Positions 1 to 9,486 are shown, numbered from the stretch's first letter. The stretch is DNA of 64,000 bases from Candidatus Melainabacteria bacterium 17Bon1m (GCA_032128875.1 JAVLKG010000009.1:128001-192000); one strand, 5' to 3'. The notes: generated by a model not told the origin, from the letters alone. Made by a program: numbers and translations.

Positions 1-1
1 T

Positions 2-1618
2 GCCGCTGTCTCAATAGTTGCTTTACTGCGGCAACAGGCGATTTTTCAACTTGCACTATTAATGATTGGTGGTGCTGGCTTCATAGGATTATTGGAAAGC
101 AAAATCAGTTTTGCACCCACGATCTTGCAAAATTTTCCAGCGATGCGAATTGGTACCGCACGTATCGTGGAAGAAGTCGTAGTACTAGCCGTTTGGTTCT
201 TTTTGGCGCAAATTAGCATTCGCGTAATTACTGCTGCCAAAGGTTCAGCGCTCATACCGCAGTCCAAAAATCTTGTTATTGGCTGCTTCGCCTTAGCAGG
301 ATTGAGTTGGTTTGCGGCTGCTCACTTTGATCGCAGCAATGGAGAGTGGTTTTGCGATGTACGTACTCAGGTGCAGACAATTTCGCAAGATGCTGCAGTC
401 CCTCCCGCGGCAGAGTTAGCGTCTTGGCTTAGTGAGACGAAAGGCGCAAACTGCCTGGACCCGAAGAACACTGTTTTTGTACTCTTTGATTGTGAGCACG
501 ATATGGGGCAGCCGGCTGTTGCCATCAATGTCAACCGTGTTACTTGGCGTACCGTCGCATTGCCTTGGAATCAAGTGCTTGGAAAAGAAGGCGATATCTC
601 TACCATTATGAATATGCAAGGAAGCGCGATGACCAAAGATTGGCGAAGCTTTCGCCAATGGTGGGCGATTCCTATTCCCCGCGGTCTTCTAAAGCCGGGA
701 GCCGCAAACGAGATTGCCATAAATTTTGAATTTGCTGAAGCAACACCGCCGGTTCGTGTGTTCGGCGACTACTTCCCTACTGAAGATACTGAAACGCTCA
801 ATCTGCCTTCCTTCGATTTCTTTTCCTGGACACGCGGGTTTGCTACCTACGATACGCGAGACACTCGCGTCTACACATTGATACCTGGTTTGGCGAAAGT
901 GACGAACCCTGCGCTCTGGTTTGTTCGCACCACAGAAACGAAGGATCTTTCCACTGAGCCTGGTCTGCAGACTGGAGCCTATCGAATTCGCTTTGCTATA
1001 CCGCGCGCACCGGCAACACAAGCGTCAGCGACAAAGGAGCCCGCAAAGCCTGAGCAATCAGAAGGAAAGTCTGAGCAATCAGAACCGCCAAAAACTGAGA
1101 AGCTAGACTCTCTAAAACCTGAGCAATTTGAAGAGTTTGCACCTGTCTCACTTGCGAAGCGACTCGATGAGGTCACTATAGATGGTGGCAACCCACTTTC
1201 ATATCAGGTGTTTAAGGAGAGTCAAAAACTGCCCACCAATATTCACAAAGGCGCAATTATCGACTTTGGGTGTTTGATCAAATCCGATCGAAAACGGCAA
1301 GGTGGACCGATTTCGGTAATCCTCGAAGGAACAAACGACAAGGGTGAGTTGGAGAAATACAACTTTCCCTGGCAACCAACAGCGGTAAGCTATGACGTTG
1401 GTTATCGTCGTTTTCACGCTTCGTACATCATTCCTGATCGAATACTTGGATTAAAGAACCCTGCCGTCAGAGTGGTGGTTTCTCCCTTTCCTATCGACGA
1501 ACTTGTGTTGAACAAGAAAAAGGCGATACACGAAGTGCTTATCGTTAAGGATGCGAATCTGACTCTCTATTCGCCCTTACCGCTGCCATCCAATAATCCC
1601 GATTGGATGATTTTCTAG
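2..1618 (+). CDS. Partial (5'-truncated) membrane protein with a large soluble C-terminal region; possibly the C-terminal part of a GT-C/surface-glycan protein
   Basis: The frame is open from position 2 (the ORF track starts at internal Met 62). Hydrophobic N-terminal segments are followed by a long soluble region with a Pro/Glu/Lys linker. It converges on the SGNH gene. Confidence 0.6.
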   Translation, partial: AAVSIVALLRQQAIFQLALLMIGGAGFIGLLESKISFAPTILQNFPAMRIGTARIVEEVVVLAVWFFLAQISIRVITAAKGSALIPQSKNLVIGCFALAGLSWFAAAHFDRSNGEWFCDVRTQVQTISQDAAVPPAAELASWLSETKGANCLDPKNTVFVLFDCEHDMGQPAVAINVNRVTWRTVALPWNQVLGKEGDISTIMNMQGSAMTKDWRSFRQWWAIPIPRGLLKPGAANEIAINFEFAEATPPVRVFGDYFPTEDTETLNLPSFDFFSWTRGFATYDTRDTRVYTLIPGLAKVTNPALWFVRTTETKDLSTEPGLQTGAYRIRFAIPRAPATQASATKEPAKPEQSEGKSEQSEPPKTEKLDSLKPEQFEEFAPVSLAKRLDEVTIDGGNPLSYQVFKESQKLPTNIHKGAIIDFGCLIKSDRKRQGGPISVILEGTNDKGELEKYNFPWQPTAVSYDVGYRRFHASYIIPDRILGLKNPAVRVVVSPFPIDELVLNKKKAIHEVLIVKDANLTLYSPLPLPSNNPDWMIF

Positions 1619-3129
1619 TTATTGTTTTGTTCTTTGTCGTCGACTAAAGCCTTGAAGAACGGCTGACCTTGCTCTGCGACATACTTGTGACCATGCGCAG
1701 TCAGGTGCATGAAGTAGAAAATTTTGTCTGCTTCTTTCTTTGGCATCTTATCTATGGGAGCTTGCAGGTCGAGGAATGGTATTCCATGAGATTCACAGAA
1801 AGGCTTGATGGCTGCGATTTCCTTATCGTAGGTCAGGTCCATAACACCGATGTTGTCGGCTGTCTCTGTGAGTGCCAGCTTGCTCGGAGAAATGGCGACT
1901 GCAAATTTTGCGCCCTTCGCCTGGCATGCTTTGTTCATGTCTTCAAAGAGTGAATTCACCGTCTTGTGCATCAAATTGAAGTACACGGTCTTTCTTTTCT
2001 CTTCCGCTTCTTTTTCTTCTGCGGCACGTTTTTCTTCTTCTGTCCGTGCCTTAGCAACTGGGAATTCGTTCAATGACGGAACATTGATGATGCTTGAATT
2101 GACTGACGGATTCATCGCGTCGGCATTGCCATGTTTTACAACTGGCTTGGCGGCTTTGCTTTTCGCTACAGTTTTTTGGTCTTCGAAAAACTGAATCTTG
2201 AACGACGACGATTTCGAGTCTAGCTTCAAGGCTTTTACAGCCTCAGCCATTACTGTTTTCGGAGTGAGCTCAGTGATTGCCTTGATGTTAGCCTGAACTG
2301 TTTTTACCGGGTTGGTGAAGAAGCCATTGACCGCTCTATAAATAGGATCATTGAAGCTCGCTTGAGTTTCCCAAGCCGAGATCAATCCCCATATGCGGCT
2401 GTTTTCTCTTATCCAACTAATTGAGGTAAGGAATTTGCCGCGCGGTGATTTCATCCACGCCTTTACTGATTGGTTGTCGATAGTGAGCGGTTGGTTCGGC
2501 AAATGAAGAGCGTAGGGACGAACGTTTGTAATCGTTTGATCCGGCGGTGACCAATTTTCGAAAAGATCTCTGTGGCTATAGAAAACAACGACAGCATCCG
2601 GGCTGTAATCCAAAACCTTGCCCTTCAGTTGGAGGTCTTCTTGTGCGGTCGAATAGCCGGAATTGCCGAAATTGAGGATCTGCACATCCTTACCGCTTGC
2701 ACTTTTCTTGATTGTTTTTTCGAGCAATTGACCGAATGTTTCTTCCAGCGGAACTTGCAGCGCTTCTACCATCGAGTCGCCCAGGAGCGCGATGCGGTAT
2801 ACGCCTGCTGGTTTTTGAATTGTAAGTCCGGGCTCTCGCATGCCATCGGGTCCGAAGTAACTCACGGCATAGCCTTCAGAGCGCCAGGTAACGCGCTTGT
2901 TGTTCATGTGCACGAAACCGTATTTCGGATCGAGCCTGTAAATTTCTTCTTCCCCTAGCTTTGCTTGCGATAAGGTGAATTCGACCAGAAGAATTGCGGC
3001 GATTTGCCAGGCGATGATTGAGAGTGCCAAGGCGACTCCTTTGGTCAGCTTCGAGCGGAAATTGCCTGAAGGTGGCGTCTTTTCCACACTCGTCTGTTTT
3101 TCAATTTTTGGCGGTGCTGCAGTAGTCAT
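1615..3129 (-). CDS. SGNH/GDSL-family protein, probable extracytoplasmic O-acetyltransferase partner of the MBOAT
   Basis: N-terminal TM anchor, block I 'LLGDSMV', block II 'NFGNSGYS', C-terminal His 'FMHLT'. Lies 9 bp downstream of the MBOAT gene. Confidence 0.75.
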   Translation of the reverse strand: MTTAAPPKIEKQTSVEKTPPSGNFRSKLTKGVALALSIIAWQIAAILLVEFTLSQAKLGEEEIYRLDPKYGFVHMNNKRVTWRSEGYAVSYFGPDGMREPGLTIQKPAGVYRIALLGDSMVEALQVPLEETFGQLLEKTIKKSASGKDVQILNFGNSGYSTAQEDLQLKGKVLDYSPDAVVVFYSHRDLFENWSPPDQTITNVRPYALHLPNQPLTIDNQSVKAWMKSPRGKFLTSISWIRENSRIWGLISAWETQASFNDPIYRAVNGFFTNPVKTVQANIKAITELTPKTVMAEAVKALKLDSKSSSFKIQFFEDQKTVAKSKAAKPVVKHGNADAMNPSVNSSIINVPSLNEFPVAKARTEEEKRAAEEKEAEEKRKTVYFNLMHKTVNSLFEDMNKACQAKGAKFAVAISPSKLALTETADNIGVMDLTYDKEIAAIKPFCESHGIPFLDLQAPIDKMPKKEADKIFYFMHLTAHGHKYVAEQGQPFFKALVDDKEQNNN

Positions 3130-3138
3130 TTTGCCCCA

Positions 3139-4662
3139 CTAAAATTGGAAATACACAAAAGGAACCGCCTCGGTCGGTCGCGCAGCGAACATCAGTAAGC
3201 ATGCGGCTGTCCAAGATGCAAACCGAACCGGCCAATCGAATGTTTTTCCGTCTTGCGAAAGTCCCAAAGTCTTGGCTACAGACATGAGAAATTCCGATTT
3301 AGATACTTTGTCAGTCAATAACCAGAAAGCAAAGTACAAGCAGGCGATGTAGATTACACCTGACTTTTCGACGGTGGAGTAGAGCGTGCATGGCCCGTGG
3401 AAGTTGAGCATGCTGGTGAGCATATTCATTGCATGCGGCATATCAGGCGCACGGAAAACTGCATAAGTAATGATGATAAATAGAACCACAGCGCTATGGG
3501 AGAGGAGAATGCCAGGCTTCGATTCACACAGAGCGTTAAGCGTTGGAGATTTTTTGAGCAGCCCTTTCCATTCGCGATTTACGCACAAACCAATGCCTTG
3601 CGCTGCGCCGAAAACAATGTAATGCCAGCTAGCTCCGTGCCAGACACCGCAAGCGACCATTGTGATGAAGAGGTTTCGCCACTGCAAAAGCATGCCGGTG
3701 CGATTGCCGCCCAACGGAATATAGATGTAATCCCTGAGCCAGCTTCCGAGTGTCATATGCCATCTGCGCCAGAAATCAGCCAGATCGCGTGACAGATAGG
3801 GGAGGTTGAAGTTTTCCGGGAGCCTGATGCCGAGCAGTAATGCCGAGCCTCTGCCTATGTCCGTATAGCCGGAGAAGTCACAATACACTTGAATGAAAAA
3901 GCCGACAGCGGCAATCCATGCGTCAGGCGCAGAGAGTAGCTGCGTTGTGCTGAAGGGCGCTGCCACGACGTAACCCAGCGGATCAGCGATAGCAACCTTT
4001 TTGAATAGTCCCTGAACGATAAGTCTCGAAGCTTCGACAAACTGATCTTTATCGAGCGGCGTAGGGGTGCGCAGCGTCTCGGTAAACTGCTTGTATCGTT
4101 TGATGGGACCAGCGATTTGAGACGGGAAAAATGAAGCGAATGCGGCGAATTCCATAAAGGAACGCATGGGTTTGTCGCCGCGATAAACATCAACGATGTA
4201 ATGGACGAATTCAAATATAAAGAATGAAATGCCGAGTGGAAGAATGACGCTGTAGACAGGAGCGTCCCAGGGATTGGCCGCGGCGACTTTGAAGATGGGG
4301 AACGCATTCATCTGGGTGATGAACAGGTTGTATGCATTGACCACTTGCTCCATGATCCAGCTTGCGTACTTGTAGTAAACAAGCAAGCCGACGTTGAGCA
4401 GAACACCAAGAGCAAAAACGCTATTGTGCAGCAGCGATTTGTTTGCGCCGTCCACCGGGCGAGTTTTATCAATCGCAAAGGCAATGCCAAAATTGAAGGC
4501 CGTCAGAGCAAAAAGAAGCAGACCATAAATCGGCAACCAGCTCATGTAGAAGAAATAGCTGGAAAGCACGACAATTGCCAGTCGTGCACCGCCCGTAGTG
4601 CGCCAGTAAAGGAAGACAACTATGGGCAGGAAGATAACGTATTGGAGGCTGCTAAAAATCAA
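3139..4662 (-). CDS. MBOAT family O-acyltransferase (AlgI/PatA/DltB-like)
   Basis: Motifs 'LPLGISFF', 'IAGPI', 'YCDFSGYTD', 'ENFNLPY', 'FWRRWH', 'YIPLGGNR', 'GVWHGA' and C-terminal 'FVYFQF'. TTG start with AGGA 8 nt upstream. Confidence 0.93.
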   Translation of the reverse strand: MIFSSLQYVIFLPIVVFLYWRTTGGARLAIVVLSSYFFYMSWLPIYGLLLFALTAFNFGIAFAIDKTRPVDGANKSLLHNSVFALGVLLNVGLLVYYKYASWIMEQVVNAYNLFITQMNAFPIFKVAAANPWDAPVYSVILPLGISFFIFEFVHYIVDVYRGDKPMRSFMEFAAFASFFPSQIAGPIKRYKQFTETLRTPTPLDKDQFVEASRLIVQGLFKKVAIADPLGYVVAAPFSTTQLLSAPDAWIAAVGFFIQVYCDFSGYTDIGRGSALLLGIRLPENFNLPYLSRDLADFWRRWHMTLGSWLRDYIYIPLGGNRTGMLLQWRNLFITMVACGVWHGASWHYIVFGAAQGIGLCVNREWKGLLKKSPTLNALCESKPGILLSHSAVVLFIIITYAVFRAPDMPHAMNMLTSMLNFHGPCTLYSTVEKSGVIYIACLYFAFWLLTDKVSKSEFLMSVAKTLGLSQDGKTFDWPVRFASWTAACLLMFAARPTEAVPFVYFQF

Positions 4663-4666
4663 AGGC

Positions 4667-4700
4667 TTGATCCTTGATCCCTGATCCTTGATCCCTGACT
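4667..4700. repeat. Heptamer tandem repeat (T/C)TGATCC x4 plus a partial copy
   Basis: TTGATCC TTGATCC CTGATCC TTGATCC CTGACT read directly. It covers the RBS of the MBOAT gene on the minus strand. Confidence 0.85.
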
Positions 4701-4838
4701 ACTCGGCTATCGGCTCGAAGCTCAAACCAGTTGAGGCTGTAGGAGGTCGGCAAACGAGCTCAGGTAAGTATACAAGTGGGGCTTCTGCCGTGTATGCCAA
4801 GTCCTTAATCTTTGACTTTGAAACCTCCATTTACAAGC

Positions 4839-4949
4839 GTAGGAGCGATGCCATGCATTGCCCCGACTAAGGGCGTTTTCGCAGGATTGGTTGAAGTTGT
4901 TTGGCCTATCGCTGAGGTAGATCCGGGCGACGTATGGCGTCACCCCTAC
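4839..4949. repeat. Inverted pair of GTAG-type REP palindromes (REPIN-like)
   Basis: GTAGGAGCGATGCCATGCATTGCCCC at 4839 and GGGCGACGTATGGCGTCACCCCTAC ending at 4949. Confidence 0.8.
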
Positions 4950-5136
4950 AGTGATTCGATGCGATTAGATATTGCTTATTCTGCAAGAAAAACTTATCGA
5001 TATTTCGCCTGTATATCGACTGAGATCGAGTAAGACTCTGACTCTGGCTACTCGCGCTTGAAATCTCGGAGGATCTTCCGTATCTTCGACTAGGGCAAGA
5101 ATTTCGCCTTGATTAGCAACCATTAATCACGACGGC

Positions 5137-5166
5137 TTGACCATATTATTAATAGATTAGTAGTAT
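5137..5166 (+). promoter_or_regulatory. Putative sigma70-type promoter of the pyrimidine catabolism operon
   Basis: TTGACC (5137-5142), 18-nt AT-rich spacer, TAGTAT (5161-5166). Confidence 0.45.
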
Positions 5167-5173
5167 CTTCACA

Positions 5174-5365
5174 CTACAAATAGATACCCGTCAGATCGAC
5201 GTAGTTGGCATCCGGTTCAACAACCATTTGGTGCTTACCAATCTTTCCTGGCGGGGGAATTTTGTTTGCTGAGAGTAGCTGCAATGCAGCTTCGGGCGAA
5301 ATTCTCCATAAGTTTGTAGCGGTGCCACTTACGTAGATACGGCCATCATTTTCAACTGGAGGTTG
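5174..5365 (+). ncRNA. Candidate structured cis-regulatory 5' leader (riboswitch-like)
   Basis: Nested complementary segments 5174-5181/5312-5319, 5187-5194/5248-5255, 5254-5268/5293-5307 and 5278-5283/5287-5292, plus an SD-sequestering hairpin at 5353-5365. Confidence 0.45.
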
Positions 5366-5368
5366 CCT

Positions 5369-6679
5369 GTGCCTTCCCATCTAAGCCGCGAAGAGCTAAA
5401 GAAGAAGCGTGATAAGTACATCATTCCGTCCGTCAAGCAGCTGTATGCTGACGCGCCCAATTTCGTGCGCGGCGAGAAGCAATTTCTCTATGACGAGAAG
5501 GGCAAAGAATACCTCGACATGTTCGCCGGTATCGTTACTGTCAGCGTCGGGCATTGCCATCCGAAAGTTGTCGAAAGAACAGTTGAACAAGTAAAAACTC
5601 TCCAGCACACATCGACTTCATTTATGACTGAGCCGATGGTTGAGTTGGCGGAAAAATTGGCTGACATAACACCAGGCAATCTTTCCAAATCATTTATCAC
5701 CAATTCCGGTACGGAAGCGAACGAAGCCGCAATTAAGCTGGCAAGACTTTCCTCCGGCAGACATGAAGTGATTGCTCTCGAGCATTCGTATCACGGCGAA
5801 TCGCACCTCGCCAACGCGCTTACAGGCAACCATAACTATCGCCCGCAGTTGCAGCCTGCAGCCGGCATCTTCTTTGCCGCTAATGCCTACTGCTATCGCT
5901 GCCCATTCCAGAAGCATCCGACAAGCTGCCATCTGGAATGCGCAAAAGATGTAGAGCGTGTGATTCAAACTCAGACTTCAGGCAAGCCGGCGGTGATGAT
6001 TGCCGAACCTATTCAAGGCGTCGGCGGAGCCATCACACCGCCAGATGAATACTTCAAAGAAGTGAAGAAGATTCTGGAAAATTATGGCGTTTTGTTTATC
6101 TCTGACGAAGTACAAACCGGCTTCGGTCGCACGGGCAAGCACATGTTCGGTATTTCAAACTGGGGTGTGCAACCCGACTTCATCACCATGGCAAAAGGTC
6201 TGGGCAACGGCTTCCCCATCGGTGCGTTTATCACCACACCTGAAATTGCAGAAGCCAACCAAAGACCTCAAATCAACACCTTTGGCGGCAACCCTGTATC
6301 GGCAGCCACCGCTTCGGCAGTCATCGACGTGATCAAAGAAGAGAAGATCATGGAGAACGCTAAGGCAATGGGCGAATACCTTTTCGAAGGTCTACATGAC
6401 CTCAAGAAAGATTTCCCGTTTATGGCCGACATTCGTGGCAAGGGCTTGATGGTTGGCATCGAAATTGCTGACGAGAACAAAAACCAAATGGTTGCTGAAA
6501 CACAAAAGATCGTTGAAGCTGCTAAAGATGACGGCGTAATCCTTGGAAAAGGCGGACTTTGGGGCAACGTCATTCGACTGAAGCCACCAATGATCATCAA
6601 CAAGGGTGACATCGATACCACACTGAAAACCATGCGCAAAGCGATGGAATCAGTGAAGAAAGTTGCAGTCACGAAATAG
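5369..6679 (+). CDS. Class-III PLP aminotransferase, AGXT2/PYD4-like (probable beta-alanine transaminase)
   Basis: 'YLDMFAGI', 'GHCHP', 'NSGTEAN', 'SYHG', 'EPIQG', 'DEVQTGFGRTG', 'MAKGLGNG'. GGAGG at 5358-5362 favours GTG 5369. First gene of the pyrimidine catabolism cluster. Confidence 0.88.
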   Translation: MPSHLSREELKKKRDKYIIPSVKQLYADAPNFVRGEKQFLYDEKGKEYLDMFAGIVTVSVGHCHPKVVERTVEQVKTLQHTSTSFMTEPMVELAEKLADITPGNLSKSFITNSGTEANEAAIKLARLSSGRHEVIALEHSYHGESHLANALTGNHNYRPQLQPAAGIFFAANAYCYRCPFQKHPTSCHLECAKDVERVIQTQTSGKPAVMIAEPIQGVGGAITPPDEYFKEVKKILENYGVLFISDEVQTGFGRTGKHMFGISNWGVQPDFITMAKGLGNGFPIGAFITTPEIAEANQRPQINTFGGNPVSAATASAVIDVIKEEKIMENAKAMGEYLFEGLHDLKKDFPFMADIRGKGLMVGIEIADENKNQMVAETQKIVEAAKDDGVILGKGGLWGNVIRLKPPMIINKGDIDTTLKTMRKAMESVKKVAVTK

Positions 6680-6689
6680 CCGAGTAAGT

Positions 6690-6785
6690 GTAGGGGCGAC
6701 GCATGTCTATCGCCCTGTCCTGAGTGTAGGGGCGACGCCATCCGTCTCCCAGTCCAAAGTGTAGGGGCGATGCCATGCATCGCCC
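6690..6785 (+). repeat. Three tandem GTAG-type REPs, period about 35 bp
   Basis: GTAGGGGCG-initiated palindromes at 6690, 6726 and 6761. Confidence 0.85.
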
Positions 6786-6810
6786 GGTGCAAAATCCAAG
6801 AGGAAAGAAA

Positions 6811-7698
6811 ATGTCGAATACTGTACGTTGCGGTTTGATTCAAACAAAGAACGCAATCGTCGCGCCCAATGGTGGCACCGACGCAAAGACAATCGAGAAA
6901 ATCAAAGACGCCATGTTGGAGAAGACTCTCAAGCTGACCAAAGAAGCGCATGAGAAGGGCGTCAAGATTCTCTGCTTCCAAGAACTGTTCAACGGACCAT
7001 ACTTCTGCGCAGAACAACAACCCTGCTGGTACGACCTGGCTGAAGCTGTTCCTGATGGTCCGACCATCAAGAAATTACAAGGTCTCGCAAAAGAGTACTC
7101 GATGGTTCTGGTTGTTCCTGTTTACGAGAAAGAACAAACCGGCGTCTATTACAACACTGCTGCAGTGATTGATGCCGATGGAAAGTATCTCGGTAAGTAC
7201 CGCAAGACGCATATTCCGCAAGTCAACCCCGGCTTCTGGGAGAAGTTCTACTTCCGTCCAGGCAACCTGGGATATCCGGTTTTCCAAACTCAATACGCAA
7301 CAATCGGTGTGTACATCTGCTACGACCGCCACTTCCCGGAGGGCGCACGCGCTCTGGGGTTGGCTGGTGCAGAAATCGTATTCAATCCGTCGGCTACCGT
7401 TGCAGGTTTGTCCGAATACCTGTGGAAGTTGGAGCAACCGGCACATGCTGCTGCCAATGGCTATTTCGTCGGCGCCATCAACCGCGTCGGCACAGAAGAG
7501 CCATGGAATATCGGAGAATTCTACGGACAAAGTTATTTCTGCAACCCGCGCGGACAGATCGTTGCGCAAGCATCGCGTGATAAGGAAGAGCTGTTAGTTT
7601 CCGATTTGAATCTCGACGAGATCAAAGAAGTTCGCAATACGTGGCAGTTCTACCGCGACCGCAGACCGGAAACATACGAACCCCTGGTCAAACTCTAA
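6811..7698 (+). CDS. Beta-ureidopropionase (nitrilase/CN-hydrolase family)
   Basis: Glu-Lys-Cys triad 'FQELF', 'YRKTHIP', 'ICYDRHFPE'; 'FWEKFYF'. ATG 6811 follows GAGGA. Lies between the aminotransferase and preTA. Confidence 0.9.
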   Translation: MSNTVRCGLIQTKNAIVAPNGGTDAKTIEKIKDAMLEKTLKLTKEAHEKGVKILCFQELFNGPYFCAEQQPCWYDLAEAVPDGPTIKKLQGLAKEYSMVLVVPVYEKEQTGVYYNTAAVIDADGKYLGKYRKTHIPQVNPGFWEKFYFRPGNLGYPVFQTQYATIGVYICYDRHFPEGARALGLAGAEIVFNPSATVAGLSEYLWKLEQPAHAAANGYFVGAINRVGTEEPWNIGEFYGQSYFCNPRGQIVAQASRDKEELLVSDLNLDEIKEVRNTWQFYRDRRPETYEPLVKL

Positions 7699-7703
7699 GT
7701 ATC

Positions 7704-7869
7704 GTGGGGGCGCGTTGCACGCGCCCTCTATACGCGGGGGCGTGTTCCACACGCCCTCTATTGTAGGGTCGACGCCATGCGTCGACCGGTCCGAAAAAAG
7801 GAAATCGTGGGGGCGTATTGCATGCGCCCAACAGAATGAGAAGCGTAGGTGCGATGCCATGCATCGCCC
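7704..7869 (+). repeat. Five tandem GTRG-type REP hairpins with variable stems
   Basis: Units start at 7704 (GTGG), 7734 (GCGG), 7763 (GTAG), 7807 (GTGG) and 7845 (GTAG), each followed by a GC-rich palindrome. Confidence 0.85.
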
Positions 7870-7969
7870 GGTATGAAGAGTCCAAAAGGTATCCCAGCAA
7901 TTAAGAACGTGCCGACGACATTCGTTGCGTCAGCTCACAAAGTTAAGTCACTGCAAAAGAGAGCAAGCA

Positions 7970-9454
7970 ATGGCCGAACATTACAAACCAGTAAAGTACA
8001 AAGCGTGGGAAATGAATCTGGAAGAGCGCTTCCAGGAAGTTTTTCCGCCTTTGTCAGAAAGAGAGGCGGTTTTGGAAGCTAACCGCTGCTTATATTGCTA
8101 CGATGCACCTTGCATGGTGGCATGCCCAACCCACATCGATATTCCAACGTTCATTCGCAAAATTTCAACCGGTAACGTAACCGGCTCCGCCCGCACCATT
8201 ATGGAAGCCAACCTGATGGGTGCGTCCTGCGCCAGAGTTTGTCCGGTGCAAGAATTGTGCGAAGGTGCATGTGTTTTAGAGCATGACGAAAAACCGATCA
8301 TGATCGGACGATTACAGCGATATGCGATGGATTATGCCGACGAGAAGAAAATCAAATTCTTCAATAAGGGCAAATCCCTCGGCAAGAAAGTCGCTGTTGT
8401 CGGCGCCGGACCAGCAGGTCTTACCTGCGCAGGCGAACTCGCGAAGATGGGCTTCGAAGTCACTTGCTACGAAAGAAAAATGTGGCCGGGCGGCTTGAGT
8501 ACTTACGGCATTGTTGTCTTCCGTGAGCCAGTCGAAGTCGCACGCGCAGAAGCTAAGAAGATCGAAGACCTCGGCGTCACGATGAAGACAGGCGTGACAA
8601 TCGGGGAAGATATTCAGTTTGATCAACTGCTGAAAGATAACGACGCTGTATTTGTCAGCATCGGGCTGGGCAGTGTTCCCAACATGGACATTCCCGGTGA
8701 AGATCTCGATGGCGTTGTAGACGGATTGGAATTCATCGAAGAAACAAAAGTCAAACCGCTTTCCGATATCAAATATGGAAACCGCATTTGCGTAATTGGC
8801 GCCGGCAACACAGCGATCGACTGCGCGACTATTGCCAGACGTTTGGGCTCCGAGCGCGTGACCATGATCTATCGCCGCTCCGAGGCTGAGATGCCTGCAT
8901 ATCACTTCGAATATCAGTTCGCACTTGGCGAAGGTGTCAGCTTTAGTTTTCTCACCCAACCTGTTGAAGTGCTCTCGAACAACGGCAAGGTTGATGGACT
9001 GAAGTGCGTGCGCATGGACCTCGGCGAACCTGATGAATCGGGCAGGCGTGTTGCCGTTCCGGTTCCAAATTCAGAATTCGTTGTGCCATGCGACATGGTC
9101 ATTAAAGCCATTGGTCAGCTCAAGCACACACCATTCATCGCCAAACTTGGCGAGTACGGAATCAAAACCGTAAAAGGCTACATTGCAGTCGACGGAAAAA
9201 CCAACCGCACCGCGCACGAGAAAATCTTCGCAGGTGGCGATTGCATTCGCAGCAAGGGCGAGGCTTCTACCGTCATGGCTACACAGGACGGAAAGATTGC
9301 TGCTCGCGCTATCTACGAGCAATTGACCGGCAACCGCATTCCCGAAGGCACTCTCAAGAAGTCAACCGACATGACTATTGAGCCTGCGATGGAGAAGGGC
9401 TATGCATTGCATGAGCATAAGCCACGCGTCCATGCGACTGCGCCGACCAAGTAA
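7970..9454 (+). CDS. preT: Dihydropyrimidine dehydrogenase NAD(P)/FAD/Fe-S subunit (GltD-like)
   Basis: 'EANRCLYCYDAPCMVACP', 'CARVCP', 'CEGAC', two GxGxxG/A Rossmann motifs and 'AGGD'. Directly upstream of preA. ATG 7970 taken as the start. Confidence 0.9.
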   Translation: MAEHYKPVKYKAWEMNLEERFQEVFPPLSEREAVLEANRCLYCYDAPCMVACPTHIDIPTFIRKISTGNVTGSARTIMEANLMGASCARVCPVQELCEGACVLEHDEKPIMIGRLQRYAMDYADEKKIKFFNKGKSLGKKVAVVGAGPAGLTCAGELAKMGFEVTCYERKMWPGGLSTYGIVVFREPVEVARAEAKKIEDLGVTMKTGVTIGEDIQFDQLLKDNDAVFVSIGLGSVPNMDIPGEDLDGVVDGLEFIEETKVKPLSDIKYGNRICVIGAGNTAIDCATIARRLGSERVTMIYRRSEAEMPAYHFEYQFALGEGVSFSFLTQPVEVLSNNGKVDGLKCVRMDLGEPDESGRRVAVPVPNSEFVVPCDMVIKAIGQLKHTPFIAKLGEYGIKTVKGYIAVDGKTNRTAHEKIFAGGDCIRSKGEASTVMATQDGKIAARAIYEQLTGNRIPEGTLKKSTDMTIEPAMEKGYALHEHKPRVHATAPTK

Positions 9455-9461
9455 TACAGCC

Positions 9462-9486
9462 GGGCGGCGCGTGGCGTCGCCCATAC
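9462..9486 (-). repeat. Single REP (reverse orientation) between preT and preA
   Basis: GGGCGGCGCGTGGCGTCGCCCATAC. Confidence 0.65.

Noticed and set aside
5174-5380. 68-aa minus-strand ORF
   Set aside because: It overlaps the start and RBS of the aminotransferase gene, has no recognisable motif, and is better explained as the antisense of a structured leader.
6268-7020. 250-aa minus-strand ORF and other long antisense ORFs (e.g. 35802-36617, 56467-57165, 43683-44354)
   Set aside because: They overlap well-supported genes on the opposite strand and have no protein-family motifs.
6690-7869. Regularly spaced palindromic repeats as a CRISPR array
   Set aside because: Repeats vary in sequence, spacers are only about 6-19 bp, units carry the GTAG REP signature, and there are no cas genes.
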